A stretch of 64,000 nt of DNA. Origin: Trueperaceae bacterium. Its GTDB lineage: Bacteria > Deinococcota > Deinococci > Deinococcales > Trueperaceae. This document shows, one piece after another, positions 28,996 through 38,633 of the stretch (within the stretch, counting starts at the first letter, position 1; every line of letters starts with the position of its first letter). Below the pieces are notes generated by a model. It made no database searches, was not told the origin of the DNA, and saw only the letters and a list, made by a program, of their open reading frames with translations. The DNA is taken from positions 4,192,001 through 4,256,000 of the forward strand of contig OZ243927.1 of the NCBI GenBank assembly GCA_965213925.1, given 5' to 3'. The position numbers were made by a program, and so were the translations under genes.

Positions 28996-29373
28996 GAGCC
29001 TCGCTTAGGGATAAGGTCTATAAGCTGAGCATAGCAAGAGACGGCTTTAAGTCGCTTCTCAAGGGTCAGGTGCGAGAGGCGAGTGGCGGGATGCGCAGCA
29101 CATCGGGCGGATGGAGTTGGATATATTGAGGTAAGAGCGTGTAGTATGCAAGGTGACCTCCTGAGCCGTGGCTCACCTAAAGAAACGCGAGTTGTGAATG
29201 GTTGTATGCAGAAAGAAGCCTATACTACATTGCTGCGCATCATCAACGTGAATGAGTGCTCGTCATCAGCGAAAAGCCTCTGCTAATTGCTAACGACCCT
29301 AAGAACCCTTCTTTTACGCGCTATAGATGCACACGATGCGTTGAACCATCGTTAGAAAGCCTGAACTGAAAAC

Positions 29374-29976
29374 TTAACGGTCTACCAGGAGCGGCAGCGG
29401 GTCGATGACCTCTCGGTTACAGGTGCGCCTCGAGCCGCTATACACCCCGAAATGCAGGTGCGGCGGTGTAGTCGCAGCGTTACCGCTGTTGCCCACGAAA
29501 CCCAGCACCGTATCCGTCGTGACGTACATCCCCTCTGCGATATCCGCCCAGTCCTCTAGGTGCGCGTAGTAGTAGCGCCTGCCGCCCGCCCCGGCGACGA
29601 ACACGAGCTTACCGCCCAAGCTGCCTGTACCGATGCGGTAGATGTAGCCGGGCGTGGCGGCGTAAATCGGCGTGCCGCGCGGCGCGAAGATGTCCTGACC
29701 CTTGTGCGTTCTGCCGCCCCCTCTCGGTGCGCCCCACGTGTCCGCAACCTCGGCGACGCGCACGCCCGCGACGGGCATGAGGAGTTGCGCCACCGGCGTG
29801 TTCGGAAGCATCGCCTGGTACACCAAAAGCCGCTCGCGGTAGCGCTGGCGGCGGGCAGCCTCTTCGCGCTCTTCGGCGGTCTGCGGGACGGACGGCTGAT
29901 AGTCACAGGTTTGAGCAAGGGCGTGAGGGATGAACATGAGCAGAGTAACGGTGGCGAAAACAAGAGGTGTATTCAT
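29374..29976 (-). CDS. M23 family metallopeptidase
   Basis: HKGQDIFA, YAHL, HLHF motifs; signal peptide. Confidence 0.92.
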   Translation of the reverse strand: MNTPLVFATVTLLMFIPHALAQTCDYQPSVPQTAEEREEAARRQRYRERLLVYQAMLPNTPVAQLLMPVAGVRVAEVADTWGAPRGGGRTHKGQDIFAPRGTPIYAATPGYIYRIGTGSLGGKLVFVAGAGGRRYYYAHLEDWADIAEGMYVTTDTVLGFVGNSGNAATTPPHLHFGVYSGSRRTCNREVIDPLPLLVDR

Positions 29977-30112
29977 CTGTGTGAATCATAACAAGGCTGC
30001 TTTTTTGACGAGACTGATACGTCACCGAAAACTTTACGACACGCTATGTGTTGCACCTCAACAGAACGGGCTTAGACGACGACGCACTTTGACGTTATAC
30101 TAGCTCTCGCTT

Positions 30113-30197
30113 TATAGCAGGTATCATCTGGTCAGCGACGCGCTTACTCGAGAAGACACTGACCTAAATTCACTTTATTAAGATGATTTCTGCGTGA
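30113..30197. repeat. small palindromic repeat family D
   Basis: TATAGCAGGTATCATC...GATGATTTCTGCGTGA; reverse complement matches 63260-63343 and 63373-63480. Confidence 0.75.
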
Positions 30198-30247
30198 TAC
30201 AAGCTCAGTTTTGAAAGGCTTTGTAAAACAGACTTTAGGAGGTCTTT

Positions 30248-30838
30248 ATGACAAGCCCAACCCTCACCCGTCCCCTTATCCACCGCCTCATCCCCATTCG
30301 TCAAGACGCCTTGCGCATCCCCTTACAACTCGCGCTCGGTGTGGCGCTGATGGCGCTACTCGCGCAAATTGAATTCATGATTGGTCCCATACCTGTGACC
30401 GGACAGACCTTTGGCGTGCTTCTTATCGGCGCGGCGTATGGACTTGGGCTCGGCAGCTTGACGATGGTGATTTACCTCTTGCTGGGCGGCTTCGGGCTTA
30501 GTATCTTTTCGGGTGGTGGCGCAGGTTGGGCGCATTTCACGGGGGCAACAGCAGGCTACCTCGTGGGCTTTCTCCTTGCAGCCGCTTTGGTCGGCTACTT
30601 GGCACAAAGAGGTTGGGATAAGCGTTTTTCCACCACCGCGCTTGCGATGCTCTTAGGGAACATCATCATCTACATTCCCGGACTTCTGTGGCTCTCTCAG
30701 CTTATGCCAAACGCGCAAGCAACGCTGCAAGCCGGACTGTATCCTTTCATCCCCGGGGACGTGCTCAAGCTGCTCTTAGCCTCGAGCCTCCTACCCACCG
30801 CCTGGCACTTTTTAGGACGACAAAATAAGCGTGGCTGA
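30248..30838 (+). CDS. bioY: biotin ECF transporter S component BioY
   Basis: PIPVTGQTFGVLL, GATAGYLVGF, PFIPGDVLK. Confidence 0.93.
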   Translation: MTSPTLTRPLIHRLIPIRQDALRIPLQLALGVALMALLAQIEFMIGPIPVTGQTFGVLLIGAAYGLGLGSLTMVIYLLLGGFGLSIFSGGGAGWAHFTGATAGYLVGFLLAAALVGYLAQRGWDKRFSTTALAMLLGNIIIYIPGLLWLSQLMPNAQATLQAGLYPFIPGDVLKLLLASSLLPTAWHFLGRQNKRG

Positions 30839-31286
30839 CTCGGACCTAAAGGTCGTCCAAGCCGGACTCCAACACTTAGACGAACTCACACAACTCTTCG
30901 ACGGTTACAGGCAGTTCTACCGCCAAGCCTCCGATGTATCAGGGGCAAAGGCGTTTTTGCACGAGCGGCTCTCGCAGGGGGATTCGGTTGTCTTCATCGC
31001 GTTTTTAGACGGTAAACCCGCAGGCTTTACGCAGCTCTACCCGTCTTTCTCATCCGTCTCTATGGCGCAGATTTGGATACTGAATGACCTCTTCGTAGCG
31101 CAACACGCGCGGCGGAGCGGCGTGGCGAAGGCGCTCATGGAACAAGCCGCAACCTTTGGCAAGGAGACGGGCGCGGCGCGGCTCACGCTTACAACTGAGG
31201 TCACAAACGAAAACGCCCAATCGCTCTATGAGGCGCTCGGGTGGGAGAAAGACACGTCGTTCTATACCTATACATTCGCCGTTTGA
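30831..31286 (+). CDS. GNAT family N-acetyltransferase
   Basis: LFDGYRQFY, GFTQLYPSFSS, LNDLFV...RRSGVAKAL. Confidence 0.92.
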   Translation: MADSDLKVVQAGLQHLDELTQLFDGYRQFYRQASDVSGAKAFLHERLSQGDSVVFIAFLDGKPAGFTQLYPSFSSVSMAQIWILNDLFVAQHARRSGVAKALMEQAATFGKETGAARLTLTTEVTNENAQSLYEALGWEKDTSFYTYTFAV

Positions 31287-31298
31287 CTTAGGAACTGA

Positions 31299-31580
31299 AT
31301 GGGCATTGAATACGCGCTGAAGCTGAGCAAGGTTGATAGAGACCGGCTTGACAGATTGCTCAGAACGCACCCTCAGTTTGCATCTTTTCTACCAGAGTTC
31401 GACCTTTATGAGTTCAGAGGGGTGGCGAATGCTGGTGGGATGCCGGACGCGGACGCAGCGTTGCAGGCTTATGGACTCTACTTCTGCGACAAGGGTGGAG
31501 AGGGTCAAAAGATTCTCGAGCGTCTTATCACCAAAATAGAAAACGAATATGGACAGGTCACGCTCGAAGATTTAGAGTAA
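31299..31580 (+). CDS. hypothetical protein
   Basis: 93-aa ORF with AGGA RBS, co-oriented with the GNAT gene. Confidence 0.6.
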   Translation: MGIEYALKLSKVDRDRLDRLLRTHPQFASFLPEFDLYEFRGVANAGGMPDADAALQAYGLYFCDKGGEGQKILERLITKIENEYGQVTLEDLE

Positions 31581-31589
31581 TTCCAAAAA

Positions 31590-31762
31590 ACCAAAAGGAA
31601 ACAGCCTCGAGACGATCTCGAGGCTGTCGGTGCCCGCCTGGTACTGAGGATAAACAACTCTTACGAAAGTCCCTCAGTCCGGGACATGGTCAGTTACCCT
31701 CGGCGGGTACCTCCACTGGTCATGTCATTTTGTAAAATTCGGACCACCTCCTTTCTGTGGTA
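31590..31762 (-). ncRNA. candidate structured small RNA with extended Shine-Dalgarno-like 5' end
   Basis: TATACT -10 (31768-31773), 5' AGAAAGGAGGTGGTCC, two stem-loops, terminator ACAGCCTCGAGA-tcg-TCTCGAGGCTGT-TTCCTTTT. Confidence 0.6.
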
Positions 31763-31881
31763 GGAAAAGTATACAACAGATTTTTAAGGCGTATGTGTAT
31801 TTCGCTACTAAAGGCGTGCAGACGGGGAGAACTCGTGTTCTTTCTCAGCGCATAAAGAGGTCAACTTCACCTACGCAAACT

Positions 31882-33021
31882 CTATAAAAACGCCGCCGCG
31901 TAGTCCCCGAAGCGGCGCTGAATATCTCTAGCGCTGAGCCCGAAGTCTTCCAAGCTGTACTTATGCTTGCCGTGCTTGTGCTGCGGATTCTCCCTGACGT
32001 AGCGCTCTAGCGAGTCGCTTAGCTCAGAGGTGTATTCAAGTTCGTAGTGCCCGTAAATCCCTTTGACGACCCCAACAGGGTCACTCACCAAGTCGGCGTA
32101 GCGGACGTCGTAGACGCGCCCCGGATGGCGCGCTCTCGCTCGCAAGTTTTGCTCAACCGTCGTCTCTAACAGGTCGAGGTTCGCCTGCGTGCCAGCGTCT
32201 CGTTCTAGGTCGTCCGTCCCGATCTGCCGCGTCTTGTGGTTCAAACTGCACCAGCTCGCGCATTGGTCTGCGGGGTCGCGGTGCGTCTGGACGATGAGGG
32301 CGTCGGGGACAACCTCTAAAAGGGCGTCCAGCGCGTCCGTGTGCGCGGGTTCTTTTAAGACTAAGCGCTTGTCGGGCTTGCGCCGCTGCAAGGCTCTAAG
32401 CATGTAGGCGTATTCCCGGTACTTCTCTCGCCTGTCTTGCGCCCTGTACCACTCGAGATACCCATACACCGAAGCCACATCCCAGAAGAGCACGCTCTCA
32501 AAGGTCATGCTCAACATGTGGCGGCACTCTTCGGGCAGGTCGGCTTCGACGTGGTGAGCGGCGCTAATTTCAGACCAGCCGAGCAAATCTAGGAATTCAT
32601 TTGCCCTTTGCTCTCTGCGCGCGGGCGTGTCTTGGCTGCCTCTAGGCAGCGGCGAGACGACCTCCCAAAAGGGCGCGGCGCGGTGGCGCGAATCCGACGC
32701 GAGGAGCCTATGCAGATGCGTCGTACCGGTGCGCGGCAAACCGATCACGATAAGGGGTGGTCGTAGAGATTCGGCGAAACGTTCGGGCAACCCCTTCTGC
32801 GCGTGAATGAAGGTGAGACGGTTCTCTAAAGCGTTCAAGACCAGACGGCTCAAAACCATCTCGCCGTAAGCGTTGAGGTCCGCGTCCTTTCGGACCGACG
32901 AGAGAAGCTTTTCTAAACCCACGCGGTAGTAGCTAGAGCCGAAGTCAGCGACGCCTATGCGCGCTGCGGCGGCAGCTTCTAAAGCGTCTATCTCTAAACT
33001 CAGCTTTGCACCTTCGATCAT
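31882..33021 (-). CDS. sulfotransferase family protein
   Basis: PAPS loop GLPRTGTTHLHRLL, LVLKEPAH, QTHRDP. Confidence 0.9.
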   Translation of the reverse strand: MIEGAKLSLEIDALEAAAAARIGVADFGSSYYRVGLEKLLSSVRKDADLNAYGEMVLSRLVLNALENRLTFIHAQKGLPERFAESLRPPLIVIGLPRTGTTHLHRLLASDSRHRAAPFWEVVSPLPRGSQDTPARREQRANEFLDLLGWSEISAAHHVEADLPEECRHMLSMTFESVLFWDVASVYGYLEWYRAQDRREKYREYAYMLRALQRRKPDKRLVLKEPAHTDALDALLEVVPDALIVQTHRDPADQCASWCSLNHKTRQIGTDDLERDAGTQANLDLLETTVEQNLRARARHPGRVYDVRYADLVSDPVGVVKGIYGHYELEYTSELSDSLERYVRENPQHKHGKHKYSLEDFGLSARDIQRRFGDYAAAFL

Positions 33022-33088
33022 ACCTGCGCATCCATGAGCGACTATACCTCCTTGCGCTGATAAATTTTTGCCACCATCCGGGACGGCT

Positions 33089-33118
33089 AAAAAAGGGACG
33101 GCTCATGAGCCGTCCCTG
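33089..33118 (-). terminator. intrinsic terminator
   Basis: AAAAAAGGGACGGCTC-at-GAGCCGTCCCT. Confidence 0.75.
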
Positions 33119-33136
33119 CACGTTCTCACTCCTGCG

Positions 33137-33706
33137 TCAATTCGACGCGACGATGTAGACCTTTTCCATCTTGTCGGGCTGCGCGCCCCCTGGTCGGGTC
33201 GGGTCTACGCGGGTCAACTCGTCTAAGACCTCGAGCCCCTCGACTACTTTTCCAAAGACCGCGTGCCTGCCGTTTAAGTGCGGCGTCGGTCCGAAGGTGA
33301 TAAAGAACTGCGAGCCGTTGGTGTTGGGCCCGGCGTTCGCCATCGAGAGCGTGCCCTTCTCGTCGTGCTCGAGGTCCGAGTCGAACTCATCTTCGAAGCG
33401 GTAGCCCGGACCGCCGCGCCCCGTGCCCGTCGGGTCGCCGGTTTGCGCCATGAAATCCTCTAACACGCGGTGAAAGACGACGCCGTCGTAGAAGTGATTG
33501 CGCGCCAAGAAGACGAAGTTGTTGACGGTTTTAGGCGTTTCATCCTGAAAGAGGTCGACGACGATGCGCCCTTTACTCGTTTCGATGACAGCCTGGTAGT
33601 CGTGACCCTCTTCTAAGACCTCTTCGGCGTGATCGAATTCGGTTTTACGACCTTCGTTTAGCGGCTCTAAAATTTCGTAGCCTTCGGGTGAGTAGCGGTT
33701 TTCCAT
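33137..33706 (-). CDS. cyclophilin-type peptidyl-prolyl isomerase (cytoplasmic)
   Basis: [34 protein letters not shown]. Confidence 0.95.
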   Translation of the reverse strand: MENRYSPEGYEILEPLNEGRKTEFDHAEEVLEEGHDYQAVIETSKGRIVVDLFQDETPKTVNNFVFLARNHFYDGVVFHRVLEDFMAQTGDPTGTGRGGPGYRFEDEFDSDLEHDEKGTLSMANAGPNTNGSQFFITFGPTPHLNGRHAVFGKVVEGLEVLDELTRVDPTRPGGAQPDKMEKVYIVASN

Positions 33707-33829
33707 GTACGGCTCCTTTGAAATGCTGCAACGTAGGGGTCGGGCAGCAGAGATCAGCGTAGCGAGACCAACTGCTAAATTCTGACTGACTACTTTATCT
33801 TCCTCCGCTGCTTCACGCTATCTTGCTGC

Positions 33830-34891
33830 TTAGTTGCCCTCAGCCGGACGCTGAATGATCGTTACAGTTTCCATCACGTCGGGCTTGGGGAAAAACCCTA
33901 TCACAGTATCTTGCCCGCTGCGCCCGATGACACCTGTGTAGCCCGCAATCTGAAAGGTCTGTCCAAAGGCGGGCATCGCGCCGAGCGTCTCAGAAAGGGC
34001 GGCTTCGGCGCTCATGTCGGGCGTACCGGGAATGTTGATGCCTTGGGCGCTCAAGTCAGCGAGCTTGATGTCTAAAGGAACCACCACTTCCGGGTTTTGC
34101 GGGTTGATGCGCTGGATATTGTCTAGCACGTCGATCCCTTCGGTGACGTTCCCAAAAACGGTGTACTCTCCGTTCAGGTGCGGCGCTCCCGTCAAGGTGA
34201 TGAAGAACTGCGAGCCGTTCGAGTCGGGGTCGGCGGTGCGCGCCATACCCAACACGCCCGCCTCGTCAAAGCCTAAGTCCTCTTGCACCTCTAAGCCGAA
34301 TTCGTAGCCGGGACCACCCGTGCCCGTGCCCGTCGGGTCGCCCGTCTGCGCCATAAAGTCCTCCAGGACGCGGTGGAAGACGACGCCGTCGTAGTAGCGG
34401 TTGCGCGCCAAGAAGATGAAGTTGTTGACGGTTTCGGGCGTTCTATCCTCGTACAAGTCGGCGATGAGCGTGCCCTCGTTCGTTTGGATGACGGCGGCGT
34501 AGTCGGTGTTCTCCTCTAAAACCTCTTGCGGCTCGGCGAAGGTGCGCTGCTGCTCGTTGGAGAGATACGGTGTGAGGGTGTAGCCTTCCGGGATTTCGAC
34601 TTGCGTGCCGCTGGAGACCTCGCTCGAGCCTCCCGTTGCCTCTCCGCCGGTCATAGCCCCGCCGGTCATGTCTCCACCAGTCACCACGCCACCCGTAGCT
34701 TCACTGTCAACGTCAGCTTGCGCGCCGCCTGTCTGTACCTCACTGGACTCGGCGCTTGTCTCAGTCGCCTCGCTCGAGTCTTGGTTTGTGCCGCTTGAGG
34801 CGGATACCCCCGACCCCGGCTGCACGAAAAGCCAGATACCCACGGATATAAGGAGTACGGCGGCTAAAGCGAGTAAAAGCGTTCGGTTCAT
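33830..34891 (-). CDS. membrane-anchored cyclophilin-type peptidyl-prolyl isomerase
   Basis: N-terminal TM, TGG-repeat linker, [24 protein letters not shown]. Confidence 0.93.
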   Translation of the reverse strand: MNRTLLLALAAVLLISVGIWLFVQPGSGVSASSGTNQDSSEATETSAESSEVQTGGAQADVDSEATGGVVTGGDMTGGAMTGGEATGGSSEVSSGTQVEIPEGYTLTPYLSNEQQRTFAEPQEVLEENTDYAAVIQTNEGTLIADLYEDRTPETVNNFIFLARNRYYDGVVFHRVLEDFMAQTGDPTGTGTGGPGYEFGLEVQEDLGFDEAGVLGMARTADPDSNGSQFFITLTGAPHLNGEYTVFGNVTEGIDVLDNIQRINPQNPEVVVPLDIKLADLSAQGINIPGTPDMSAEAALSETLGAMPAFGQTFQIAGYTGVIGRSGQDTVIGFFPKPDVMETVTIIQRPAEGN

Positions 34892-35065
34892 GATTCAACC
34901 TCTTTAATGTGTTGGGTTTGAATAGGATTCACGAGAGGCATTGTACCTAGCTCGTCCACTCGCGCACCTCTTCACACTTTACGAAAGGAGGGGTGCGTGA
35001 AGTTTTTGACTCGAGTGCAACCCCTCGCTACGAATCTATACACCCCTATTCGGTATTCTTAACGT

Positions 35066-36220
35066 ATGAATCTACGCTCAACTTGGTGGACCGTCCCGTT
35101 CCTTTTCGCCCTCCTCACCGCTTGCGCTCCAACCGTTTACGACGAACCTTATCCGGTGGAAGAGGTCGTTTTACCTCGAGACGACGCCGCGCACCCCGCG
35201 CCTATCGAATGGTGGTACTACACGGGGCACCTAGACGCCGAGAGCGGCGAAGAGTACGGCTTCGAGCTAACCTTCTTCAAAGCGTATACGCCGCCGCAAA
35301 TCCAACTCTTCGGCTTCTACCCCGCGCACTGGCTCGTCGACAGAGGTCACGTCGGGCACTTCGCCGTGACGGACAAGTCCGAGGAGACCTTCACGATGGG
35401 CGAACGCGCCGACTTTTGGGGCTATGAGGCGGGCGCGAGCAGCGACGAGTTGGATGTTTATGTCGCAGAATGGAGCGCCGAACGCGCCGAGGACGGCGTG
35501 AGCCACCGCATCCAAGCGAAGGAAGGCGGCTACGAAATCGACCTCGTCCTGACCCCGATGAAACCTGCCGCGCTGCACGGTGACCCGCCCGGCATCCAGT
35601 CGATGGGACCGGGCGGCACGAGCTACTACGTCTCGTACACGCGCATGGCAGTCTCGGGCACCATCAAAACAGGCTGCGACTTCACGGGTTTCGCATGTAA
35701 GACGCAAGAGGTCTCCGGCACCGCTTGGCACGACCATCAGTGGGGCGACTTCGACGTGAGCAGCTATGCGGGCTGGGACTGGTTCAGTATGCAGTTCGAG
35801 GACAACACCGAGCTGATGGTCTACCTCATCCGTATGCCGGACGGCGAATACATCGCGCAGGCAGGCTCATTCATCACCGAAGGCGGGCGTACGTTGGAGC
35901 TAACTGAAGAGGATTTAGAGATCATCGAGACGGGCGAAACCTGGACGAGCGAGGCGACGGGCGCGGTCTACCCTATCGAATGGCGGGTGCGCGTGCCGAA
36001 GCACAGTATCGACGTAAACGTCGTCCCTGTGATTAAAAATCAAGAGATGGACACGCGGGCGTCCACGGGCATCGTGTATTGGGAGGGTGCGGTGGACCTC
36101 ACGGGCTCGCATACAGGCGACGGCTTTGTCGAACTGACGAACTACGACCTCTATCCGTATGGGATGACCGATGAGAACACGCCGTTGCAACCGCTGAGGG
36201 GACCGTTTGGCGGAGGGTAA
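35066..36220 (+). CDS. CrtC/AttH-like lipocalin-domain lipoprotein
   Basis: Lipobox LTAC; EWWYYTGHL, SYYVSYTR, WHDHQWG, GWDWF, YWEG. Confidence 0.87.
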   Translation: MNLRSTWWTVPFLFALLTACAPTVYDEPYPVEEVVLPRDDAAHPAPIEWWYYTGHLDAESGEEYGFELTFFKAYTPPQIQLFGFYPAHWLVDRGHVGHFAVTDKSEETFTMGERADFWGYEAGASSDELDVYVAEWSAERAEDGVSHRIQAKEGGYEIDLVLTPMKPAALHGDPPGIQSMGPGGTSYYVSYTRMAVSGTIKTGCDFTGFACKTQEVSGTAWHDHQWGDFDVSSYAGWDWFSMQFEDNTELMVYLIRMPDGEYIAQAGSFITEGGRTLELTEEDLEIIETGETWTSEATGAVYPIEWRVRVPKHSIDVNVVPVIKNQEMDTRASTGIVYWEGAVDLTGSHTGDGFVELTNYDLYPYGMTDENTPLQPLRGPFGGG

Positions 36221-36398
36221 AGCAGGTGAAAGAGAATAAGGACTGTTACGGAGTTTTTGCCAGAGGCAAAAGGACTGAGTAAAAGCCTTTCTTCTTCAGC
36301 CCTCAGTCCTTTCACCTTTTCTCTTCGAAGTAGCGCCGCATCACTCGAAACGATATGCAGACCGCACATACTCCACCTTTTTCCCTTACAATACTCCG

Positions 36399-38633
36399 GT
36401 GACGAGCCTACGCGAGAGCGCCGCAACTTTTGGACTGTCTGACGAAGAATTTAGTGGCGTTATCGAAGCACTAGGACGCGAGCCGAACGCGCTCGAGGCC
36501 GCCATGTTCGGCGCACTCTGGAGCGAGCACTGCGGCTATAAGAACTCGAGACCTCTTCTTAAACGTCTACCCACCGAAGGTCCGCAAGTTTTACAGGGTC
36601 CGGGCGAGAACGCGGGCGTGGTCGATATCGGCGAGGGGTACGCCGTCGCCTTCAAGATGGAGTCGCACAACCACCCCTCCGCTGTAGAACCCGTGCAGGG
36701 CGCGGCGACGGGCGTGGGCGGAATTTTGCGCGACATCTTCGCGATGGGGGCGCGTCCGGTGGCGGTCTTGGACTCGCTCCGCTTCGGTGATTTAGATAAT
36801 GACCGTACCAAATACCTCTTGAACGGCGTCGTCCACGGCATCTCGCTCTACGGCAACGCGATTGGCGTGCCGACGGTCGGCGGCGACATCGCCTTTCACC
36901 CTTGCTATCAGGAAAACCCTTTAGTCAATGTGATGGCAGTTGGGCTCATGCGCCACGAGCAGCTTCAGTCGGGGACGGTAGGCGAAGTCGGCAACACGCT
37001 CGTCTATGTGGGTTCCAAAACAGGGCGTGATGGGCTCGGCGGCGCGGTTTTCGCCTCGGCGGACCTCTCGGAGCAGAGCGACGCGGATAGACCGGCCGTA
37101 CAAGTGGGCGACCCATTTATGGAGAAGTTGCTGCTAGAGGCGTGCCTAGAAGCCATAGAGCAAGACCTCGTCATCGGCGTGCAAGATATGGGCGCGGCGG
37201 GGCTGACCTCGTCGGTGGCGGAGATGGCGTACCGGGCAGGTCGAGGCATCGACTTTTATGTGGACAAGGTGCCGCGCCGTGAGACGGGGATGACACCTCT
37301 TGAAGTCCTCCTCTCCGAATCGCAAGAGCGCATGGTGCTCGTTCCCAAACCGGGCAAAGAGGCTGAACTCCTGAAGTTGCTGGGAAGGTGGGAACTCGAA
37401 GCCGTCATCGTTGGTGAGGTCGCGAGCCACGGGATGTTTCGGATTGTAGAAAACGGTGAGGTTGTCGGCGACATGCCCGTCGTCGCCCTGAATGAAGCGC
37501 CGACCTATACTCGAGAAGGCGTCGAGGACGAAGAGGTCCGCGCTAAGCGTGAACAGTCTATAGAGGTGGACGTTCCCGATAATTTGGAAGAGGTCTTGCT
37601 TAGGCTTCTCAGTAGCCCCACCATCGCTTCCAAGCGACCTGTTTTCGAGCAGTACGACCACCAAGTGATGACCAATACGGTGGTTCTGCCCGGTCAGGCT
37701 GACGCCGCCGTGTTGCGCGTCAAGGGAACCTCTCGCGGGATTGCCATGACCGTAGACTGCAACCCGCGCTACTGCTACTTAGACCCTTACGAGGGCGCGA
37801 AACTCGCCGTCGCCGAAGCCGCGCGCAACCTCGCGTGCGTGGGCGCGACGCCGCTGGCGATCACAGATAACCTCAACTTCGGGAATCCGACACGCTTAGA
37901 TGTTTACTATCAGATGGAACGCGCCGTCGAAGGGTTAAAAGATGCGTGTCTCGCGTTAGGAACCCCTGTCACAGGCGGCAACGTCAGCCTCTACAACCAG
38001 TACCGCACAACTCAAAGTCAGGCTGATGGACTGCGCGCCGTTCACCCCACGCCGAATGTCGGCATGGTCGGCGTCGTGCCCGATATTTCCAAACGAGCGA
38101 CGCAAGACTTCAAGCGAGATGGCGATATCATGATTCTCATTGGTGAAAGTACGGGCGACGGTACAGATGCGTTGGGCGCGTCGGAATACTTGGCGAGGTG
38201 GCACGCTCTAGAAATCGGGCGTCCGCCTGAGTTGGATTTGGAGCGTGCCAAAGCCCTCCAGGATGCGGTTTCTTCTGTAATTCAACAAGGCTTATGCGAC
38301 ACCGCGCACGACCTCTCCGAAGGCGGGCTCGCCGTGGCGCTCGCTGAGATGGTCATCTCCGGGCAAAAGGGTGTTAAAGTATCTCTGAAAGATGGCGTGA
38401 GGGCGGACGCGCTACTTTTCGGTGAGGGTCAGTCTAGAGTTCTCCTCGCATTAAGACCCGAAGTTGTCATCCCGGTGGAAACCCTCCTGACAAGCTACAA
38501 ACTCCCCTTTCAAACGCTTGGTAAAGTTGGCGGCAAGGGGCTCGAGCTAGAGCTACCAGATCAAACCGTAACCCTATCCCTAAAGACCCTGACCGAAACC
38601 TTTGAACAACCCTTGAGAGAGGCACTTGCATGA
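36399..38633 (+). CDS. purL: phosphoribosylformylglycinamidine synthase subunit PurL
   Basis: WSEHCGYK, ESHNHPS, QDMGAAGL, SESQERM, GGNVSLYN. Confidence 0.97.
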   Translation: MTSLRESAATFGLSDEEFSGVIEALGREPNALEAAMFGALWSEHCGYKNSRPLLKRLPTEGPQVLQGPGENAGVVDIGEGYAVAFKMESHNHPSAVEPVQGAATGVGGILRDIFAMGARPVAVLDSLRFGDLDNDRTKYLLNGVVHGISLYGNAIGVPTVGGDIAFHPCYQENPLVNVMAVGLMRHEQLQSGTVGEVGNTLVYVGSKTGRDGLGGAVFASADLSEQSDADRPAVQVGDPFMEKLLLEACLEAIEQDLVIGVQDMGAAGLTSSVAEMAYRAGRGIDFYVDKVPRRETGMTPLEVLLSESQERMVLVPKPGKEAELLKLLGRWELEAVIVGEVASHGMFRIVENGEVVGDMPVVALNEAPTYTREGVEDEEVRAKREQSIEVDVPDNLEEVLLRLLSSPTIASKRPVFEQYDHQVMTNTVVLPGQADAAVLRVKGTSRGIAMTVDCNPRYCYLDPYEGAKLAVAEAARNLACVGATPLAITDNLNFGNPTRLDVYYQMERAVEGLKDACLALGTPVTGGNVSLYNQYRTTQSQADGLRAVHPTPNVGMVGVVPDISKRATQDFKRDGDIMILIGESTGDGTDALGASEYLARWHALEIGRPPELDLERAKALQDAVSSVIQQGLCDTAHDLSEGGLAVALAEMVISGQKGVKVSLKDGVRADALLFGEGQSRVLLALRPEVVIPVETLLTSYKLPFQTLGKVGGKGLELELPDQTVTLSLKTLTETFEQPLREALA

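Noticed and set aside
30113..30197. Biotin operator or riboswitch upstream of bioY
   Set aside because: The same element occurs at 63260-63480 away from biotin genes, so it is better explained as a dispersed repeat
31741..31756. 16S rRNA gene fragment
   Set aside because: Similarity is limited to the 16-nt anti-SD tail; flanks are not rRNA-like
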